Positions 34,601-42,060 of a stretch of DNA of 42,060 nucleotides are shown here, piece by piece; the first letter of the stretch is position 1, and the number at the start of each line of letters is the position of its first letter. The stretch comes from Octopus bimaculoides (lineage: Eukaryota), in NCBI RefSeq assembly GCF_001194135.2, contig NC_068989.1:77130814-77172873 (forward strand), written 5' to 3'. The translations under genes and the position numbers were made by a program. The notes under the pieces were generated by a model that saw nothing but the letters and a program-made list of their open reading frames with translations, ran no database searches and was not told the origin of the DNA.

Positions 34601-35020
34601 TGACCTTTGAATATACATTTAGTTTTGGATGGAATATTGTTTTCTTTTCCTTTTTATGCAAACTATCGAATGTAGCCGGAACACCGTTTATAATGTTGTT
34701 TCAAAATTAGATAGTCTTTTGTGGGGAAGGGAGCAGGATGGAAGACAGTCTTCAAAGATGTTTCAGATGATTATATTGACCTAAAGTTATCTTTACAGGA
34801 AAAATATTAAATTATTGATCAGAATACGTATTTTTTCCCATATGGAGGAAACAATAAAAGATATCTAATTAACAATGTAAAAATAAAGAACAATGTAAAA
34901 TGAATTTATTAAACAGAAAAATACAGATACATAACATTAATTACGAAGCCGGAGAAAAAAAAAAACGAAACTCTAAACTACTACATTACGGCAATTCAAT
35001 ATTTGTTTCCAAATTTCCAA

Positions 35021-35490
35021 ACTATGATAAAAAGTGAGCCCAAAAGAGTCCCTAGCAGGACATGACTGTTGACTTTGCTGGACTATATGCTGATTGCACC
35101 GATAACATTTTTTTTTTTTTTTTTCACTAGGAAATGCTTTACCAAGTGTAGCAATTTATCACGGATTTCTAAGTTGGATAATTTTTACAGGAGGATATCA
35201 TGCGTGGGCCTGCTGAACGCTGTTGAAGACATGATACATGACATCAGATAACGGACCTTAACCCAAAGCTTTAAGGACATCATCGATGTGATAAAAAAAA
35301 AAAAACTGTGTTAAGCAGTCTGTGCCACAGCAAAACCATGCTCTTTGGAATTTAGAAAGCTATGGCTTTCCAGGAAGTCAGTTATACACCATTTCACCAC
35401 ATTTTCAAAACATTTGATGGTATGGAAGGTGAGTGAAATTGGTCGATTGACCGGTTTCCCTTTTTCGGTATACAGCTTGAGTCTAAAGTA
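35021..35490 (-). pseudogene. LINE reverse transcriptase fragment (CR1/L2/Jockey group)
   Basis: Minus strand reads EKGKPVNRPISLTFHTIKCFENVVKWCITDFLESHSFLNSKEHGF, then HIDDVLKALG..DVMY, HDILL*KLSNLEIRDKLLHLVKHFL and KVNSHVLLGTLLGSLFII. These correspond to NYRPISLT, QHGF, DVIYLD and SGVPQGxVLGPLLF. Confidence 0.8.
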
Positions 35491-36078
35491 TTTTCCTAGA
35501 TTGGCGGCAACATTACAAGTTCGTGTTTTCGTTTCGTTTAGAGGAATTACAACCAAACGTACTTTATATACAAAACAATATATGTACGTTCCTGCGCGAC
35601 GATATATAACGGAGATTTCTAAAAAATTATCATATTATTTTGATGCGTAAAATAAGCAAATGTAGAAACGTGAAATAATACATCATTTGACATTTTATTT
35701 TTTCCGTGAGCACTATGCGCAAAGAAATATAATAATATCGGATACGAATGAGAAAAAAAGAAAAATAATAAAAAAGAAAAGGAGACATAAATGTATGCCG
35801 TATCTCCTATGTCAGAAAAGACCGCCACATTATTATGGCATGATTTAGAAGGTCAAGGTGTATACGTTGTATTCGAAATGACTTATGTGAACGCATACAT
35901 TGTTTTGATAAGAACAAATACACACTGTGAAAAATGTATTTGCAGTTGTTCTCTGCAAACCTTAATGTGAATAGACACACACACGTGCAAATACATACAT
36001 ACGCATATATGTATATATATACATGCATATAAACAAAGGAACACACATTTATGTATATTGAATTTGAAAAGGAATATA

Positions 36079-36128
<50 letters not shown>

Positions 36129-37140
36129 NNNNNNNNNNNNNNNNNNNNNNNNNNNNNNNNNNNNNNNNNNNNNNNNNNNNNNNNNNNNNNNNNNNNNNNN
36201 NNNNNNNNNNNNNNNNNNNNNNNNNNNNNNNNNNNNNNNNNNNNNNNNNNNNNNNNNNNNNNNNNNNNNNNNNNNNNNNNNNNNNNNNNNNNNNNNNNNN
36301 NNNNNNNNNNNNNNNNNNNNNNNNNNNNNNNNNNNNNNNNNNNNNNNNNNNNNNNNNNNNNNNNNNNNNNNNNNNNNNNNNNNNNNNNNNNNNNNNNNNN
36401 NNNNNNNNNNNNNNNNNNNNNNNNNNNNNNNNNNNNNNNNNNNNNNNNNNNNNNNNNNNNNNNNNNNNNNNNNNNNNNNNNNNNNNNNNNNNNNNNNNNN
36501 NNNNNNNNNNNNNNNNNNNNNNNNNNNNNNNNNNNNNNNNNNNNNNNNNNNNNNNNNNNNNNNNNNNNNNNNNNNNNNNNNNNNNNNNNNNNNNNNNNNN
36601 NNNNNNNNNNNNNNNNNNNNNNNNNNNNNNNNNNNNNNNNNNNNNNNNNNNNNNNNNNNNNNNNNNNNNNNNNNNNNNNNNNNNNNNNNNNNNNNNNNNN
36701 NNNNNNNNNNNNNNNNNNNNNNNNNNNNNNNNNNNNNNNNNNNNNNNNNNNNNNNNNNNNNNNNNNNNNNNNNNNNNNNNNNNNNNNNNNNNNNNNNNNN
36801 NNNNNNNNNNNNNNNNNNNNNNNNNNNNNNNNNNNNNNNNNNNNNNNNNNNNNNNNNNNNNNNNNNNNNNNNNNNNNNNNNNNNNNNNNNNNNNNNNNNN
36901 NNNNNNNNNNNNNNNNNNNNNNNNNNNNNNNNNNNNNNNNNNNNNNNNNNNNNNNNNNNNNNNNNNNNNNNNNNNNNNNNNNNNNNNNNNNNNNNNNNNN
37001 NNNNNNNNNNNNNNNNNNNNNNNNNNNNNNNNNNNNNNNNNNNNNNNNNNNNNNNNNNNNNNNNNNNNNNNNNNNNNTATACATATATAAATCATATATA
37101 TATGTATATATATATATATTTATATGTATATATTCGTGAG

Positions 37141-37300
37141 TTTGTATTTATTCCCCCCCCCAGATCGCTTGACAACAGACGTAAGTGGGTTTACGTCCCC
37201 GTAACTTAGCGGTTAGGCAAAATAGCCTGATAGAATAAGTATTAAAGCGGTGCTGCAGCATGGCCGCAATCAAATGATTGAAATAAGTAAAAGAATAAAT
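37141..37300 (+). mobile_element. SINE family A 3' half with internal deletion
   Basis: ATCGCTTGACAAC...TTTACGTCCCCGTAACTTAGCGGTT.GGCAAAA...GATAGAATAAGTA then directly AAAGCGGTGCTGCAGCATGGCCGC. Lacks the GGGGTCGAT segment present at about 2010-2050. Confidence 0.8.
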
Positions 37301-37977
37301 GGATAATTTAACGTCATGGTTTCAGTGAACAGGTCACGGTCTCAAATAGCGATAATTTGGAAACATTTCGGGACGTGGAGGCCGTATGCACGATTCGCAC
37401 CTGAGACGAATTCAAATTGTTGTATTATGTCCAGATAGCGTAAAATCCGTTTGCTGATCTGTAGTTTTGCCGCGCATGTGTAAAACAAAATTTAGATGCT
37501 AGAAGTATAATGTAAACATGGACAATGTCGCATCAAAGTGAGACATCAATGATCGCCAGTCGACAAACAACCAGAGTCTCATTGTGATGCATAACTTGAA
37601 TTATGTAACTTTATGTATAACAAGCAATGTAATTTACAGCATTTATTGAGAATAACTTCCGCCATTCATGCTGGCACACATGTGCTCATAAGCACACACA
37701 CACACACACATACACACACACACACATACTCACACACAAACACATGATATATGTGTATGTGTGTGTGTGTGTGAGAGAGAATGTATGCGCACAAATGTGT
37801 ACTCAGGCACAATTTACACGAACATAGAGATAACGACAAAAGTAAAGAAACAAAATACTCTTCCAGATTCGTATATACAAGAAAACTTTTGTTGGAAAAG
37901 TCATATCTCAGGAGTCTAAGTCAAGGAGACTAAAATGCTTAGAAAGAATTATCCAAAATTCTGTCTACCTCTTTTTT

Positions 37978-38029
<52 letters not shown>

Positions 38030-39452
38030 GCATATATATATGTACATATATATATATATATATTATATGCATATGCATATGTGTTCGTGTGTGTATATCT
38101 GTATGTTTGTGTGTGATAGTGTGTAGGCACGCGCATGTTTCCTTATGATTGCATGAGTGTGTGTGTGTATGTGTGTGTGTATGCGTGTGTACGTGTGTAT
38201 GTGTGTTGCCAGTGTATATGTGAATGACTATGTATTAGTAAATGATGCAAAGATTACCTTTTTCTATCAATCTCAGAACACAAATCTTTATCTTGTTCTT
38301 GATAAAATATTATTAAGTTTCTGCGTGTTCTTTTACAGTCATTGTTTTTGCGTTATGTGGCAAATATACTGCGCTATAATGAACTTTACCTATATTTTCT
38401 AACCACAGACGTACGGTGCGAGAAATAAAAAAAAATATATCCGAGTGATTCATATATATATTTACTGTTCTGAGACAATGAGCTATTTTGACAACGTTAC
38501 AAAGGATGAGTATATTGTTTTGCGTCGCTGGAATATGAACTGTATTTCTACAGATTTCACTACTATTTTATTGAATATCATTCGTGAAGACCTGTACAGA
38601 TATTTTCAGTTTGGATTTTACTTTTGTGGTTTAGCTGAATATCAATGTCAGGTCAATAAATATGAGTTTGAGGACTGTAGTTCTTATGTTTCCTTTAGTA
38701 TGAAATCTATATTGATAGCCAGAGAATAAGGTTTAATGCATTGACATTCTGACAGTCATTTCTTTTTTTTTTTTATATCCATTAGTGACTGCTATAGCTT
38801 TTAGTATATAATTTTTCTGAACAACAGTTGTCAATGTGAAAAGGAGAATAAAACAACGACTTAAGACATTGAGAAATATGATATCGACTGTTTAGAACAT
38901 GGTATGTTTATTTCTCTATTGAATATAGAAGGGTTTTAACACCAAACATTCGAAATGAATGATTAAATATTATATTTCTATGTTGTCAGATTCTTTTCAT
39001 TTCCAATTCTAGACATTAAATGGTATTTATTGTTTAACCTAATAATTTAACAGAGCTAAATATAGTTAGCTTTAGTTATAAATTTATTGATTATACAAAC
39101 TGATAGTAGAACAATAAAAATCAACTTTTTTTTTCAGATTATCTCCGGAGTTATTTTTGTGGAAAATAGTAAAGTTCAAATTATTGATAGATCTTATTTG
39201 AGAACATTTCATGATAAAACTGACAATATTTCATGTATAATCTTTTATATCACTATCAACGATGCAGAAGGAAGCTAAACAAAGGCTCAAAACTTCAAAG
39301 TATCGATCTGCTTGGTATGGTGTGTAAAGGGTTAGATCAAACAATTACATATAACAAATGAAACTATATTGTATCTAGTGTTTGTTCGCATAAACTGACA
39401 TAGACACACACACATGCACACGCATGCACACACTTTGCGCATACATATATAA

Positions 39453-39486
39453 GGGCCACAGTCAAAAGACTGAAACAAGTAAAAGA
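39453..39486 (+). mobile_element. SINE family A extreme 3' tail remnant
   Basis: GGCCACAGTCAAAAGACTGAAACAAGTAAAAGAG matches the tail at about 2067-2100. Confidence 0.55.
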
Positions 39487-39550
39487 GTATATACAATATA
39501 TATACACGCATATATAAAAGAGTATATACAATATATATACACGCATATAT
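39481..39550. repeat. 35-bp tandem duplication
   Basis: AAAAGAGTATATACAATATATATACACGCATATAT twice, beginning in the SINE tail. Confidence 0.85.
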
Positions 39551-39685
39551 ATATATATAAATATATATACATATACATGCATATAGATATGTGCATGTGT
39601 ATATATGTATATATCTATATATATAAACGTATGCATATATACACACGTATATATGTATATATATATATACGTATATAATAAATAA

Positions 39686-39734
<49 letters not shown>

Positions 39735-40172
39735 NNNNNNNNNNNNNNNNNNNNNNNNNNNNNNNNNNNNNNNNNNNNNNNNNNNNNNNNNNNNNNNNNN
39801 NNNNNNNNNNNNNNNNNNNNNNNNNNNNNNNNNNNNNNNNNNNNNNNNNNNNNNNNNNNNNNNNNNNNNNNNNNNNNNNNNNNNNNNNNNNNNNNNNNNN
39901 NNNNNNNNNNNNNNNNNNNNNNNNNNNNNNNNNNNNNNNNNNNNNNNNNNNNNNNNNNNNNNNNNNNNNATATATATGTATATATATATATGTGTGTGTG
40001 TGTGTACGTAAACATAAATTGTAATATACCCATGCGTGTATATTTATATCAATATCTATCTATCTATCTATCTATATACACTTATATGTATGTATATATA
40101 TGTATTCACGTGTGTGTATGTAGTTATCGATACACGCATTCACATGCACGTAGACAGACACACATACCTATA

Positions 40173-40204
<32 letters not shown>

Positions 40205-40214
40205 NNNNNNNNNN

Positions 40215-40256
<42 letters not shown>

Positions 40257-40879
40257 TAGATATAGCACTTTATTCTGTGTGCATGCGTTTACACCTTCTA
40301 TGGCTTGAAAGTGTTGTACCTAATGGTACATGGTTATATCGATCTGATCAACTGGGCTTATGAACTTTGCATGCGACGGTCAAATTACCTGCCTGACATA
40401 TTGTGAGTTTACAACATATTACTAGTGTATTAAGTATAATAAAATTGCGAAATGTGTGTGAAATATATTTTGTCGTTAGGAAAGATTCACATAAGTTTTC
40501 TAGGTTGTCGTATAAATATAAAGTTTTATAAACAGTATTATATTCCGGCCCACTTGTAATCATCTCTTTTATTTTCATTTATTGTCTCCATATTGTTCAT
40601 TACTTTGGAATTAGGATACAATGCATTTAATTTCTTTTTTCTTTTGTTGGTATCCTGCTTTCTTTTGTTCCAATTTGTAACGATAAACCGACATTTCTGT
40701 AGTCAAACATTTGATTTACAGCTAACATGAATTTGTAGCTTCATAAAATAATTTCAGAGGTTTCGGAAGGTAACGGAAGGGTTACGCAATAAGTGAAAGA
40801 ATCTTATTACATAAATAATGTACTGAATGAAACAAGTTGAATGACATATAAACATACACAGAAATGCATACACACAAGT

Positions 40880-40936
<57 letters not shown>

Positions 40937-41293
40937 CGCAAGCAAACAGAGTCATGTATATGCACACATATAGCCCTATACATATATACATCTTTATGTA
41001 TATATATATAAGAATAGTTAACTATATATTCATAAGTATAGCAGCAGGCTATGGCTGCATGTGATAATATTCTAAAATAGGAATTTATCAATATGACAGA
41101 AAAGTTAAACAAAATAGTATGAAGCAAAACGCCGTAAAATAATCTATAGTTTGCATAATCCAGTCCATCTTGATTTCATTGTCTGCTTACTATAAATAAG
41201 TTAGAATCACAACATAAATTACAGAAAGTTCTGCAAAGAGGAAAAAATTAAAATCGAGACAAATATCAGATACGAATACCATTTATCCTTTCT

Positions 41294-41364
41294 TTCTTGA
41301 TTTATTTCTTTGATTCTTGATTTATTTCTTTGATTCTTGATTTATTTCATTGATTCTTGATTTC
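41294..41364. repeat. 20-bp minisatellite, about 3.5 copies
   Basis: TTCTTGATTTATTTCTTTGA unit repeated. Confidence 0.9.
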
Positions 41365-42025
41365 TTTCGTCATAGCTTGAGGTGTTGTATTTCGCAATTG
41401 GTGTTTTTTTTTGTTTTGTTTAATGCATGTAATCATATTGTTGTAACTTTTACACATTTAGCATTGCTATTTTTTCTCCTACGAAGTTCTATTCTAAAAA
41501 TAGTTAGCCAAACACTCAGTTTAAAATTTCCACAATATGATAAAAGATTAAATTATATATATACTTGTGTGTGTTTTATGACGATGTGTGTGTAAACGAG
41601 TGGATGTCTGTGCGTATGTGCGTCAGAGTGAGTGTGTGTAACTAAAACGCACATACACGTACATACATACAAACACTTCTTTATTACGCAGCAAGTAAAG
41701 CTATAAATAACAGATGCGAATATTTGGTTACAAAGCATTTGGAGTATGCGTGCTTCGTTGACAGTACGAACATTTAGAGAGGAAGTATGATGACACAACG
41801 AGTCAAAATGAATTTCTAGTGAGATATTATTTTTGTAATTAGCCTCCCTTAAAAAATCAGGTTTGATAAAGCTTCTGTTTGAAGAAACAATCGTATTTAT
41901 ATTGTACTAGTCGTTAATAATGTTGATGATGGGTGCCACAAAACTGCGGCTATGCAAGGCGGTGCTGTTGGTCAAAATAAGGATATAAATGGTGACACAC
42001 GTATACGCACGCGAACGCACATACA

Positions 42026-42060
<35 letters not shown>

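Noticed and set aside
35060-35095. Plus-strand VDFAG motif suggesting a BEL/Gypsy integrase
   Set aside because: The same bases are explained better by the minus-strand LINE RT, which has several ordered motifs. No other integrase motifs follow.
40380-40430. Possible 33-nt minus-strand exon with CAG|GTAATT donor
   Set aside because: Weak acceptor, two of three frames closed and no partner exons found.

Overview
AT-rich, microsatellite-dense eukaryotic scaffold with 14 N-gaps. The SINE families look like those I recall from octopus/coleoid cephalopod genomes (inference from memory, not a database match). I found no intact host protein-coding gene; most tracked ORFs are gap or microsatellite artefacts. 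The window holds tRNA-derived SINEs (one nested in another with a TSD), two Tc1/mariner-type MITEs and decayed mariner, DD37D-like, CR1/L2-like, RTE-like and R4/Dong-like coding relics. The standout is a non-coding insertion at 24125-25540. It is built from a 352-nt, circularly permuted, highly structured monomer in inverted plus head-to-tail arrangement and is flanked by a 14-bp direct repeat. Each HHR-containing copy carries a minimal type I hammerhead ribozyme (CUGAAGA...GAAA...GUC) at the tip of a long stem. This fits a retrozyme or non-autonomous Penelope-like element that could make self-cleaving or circular RNA.
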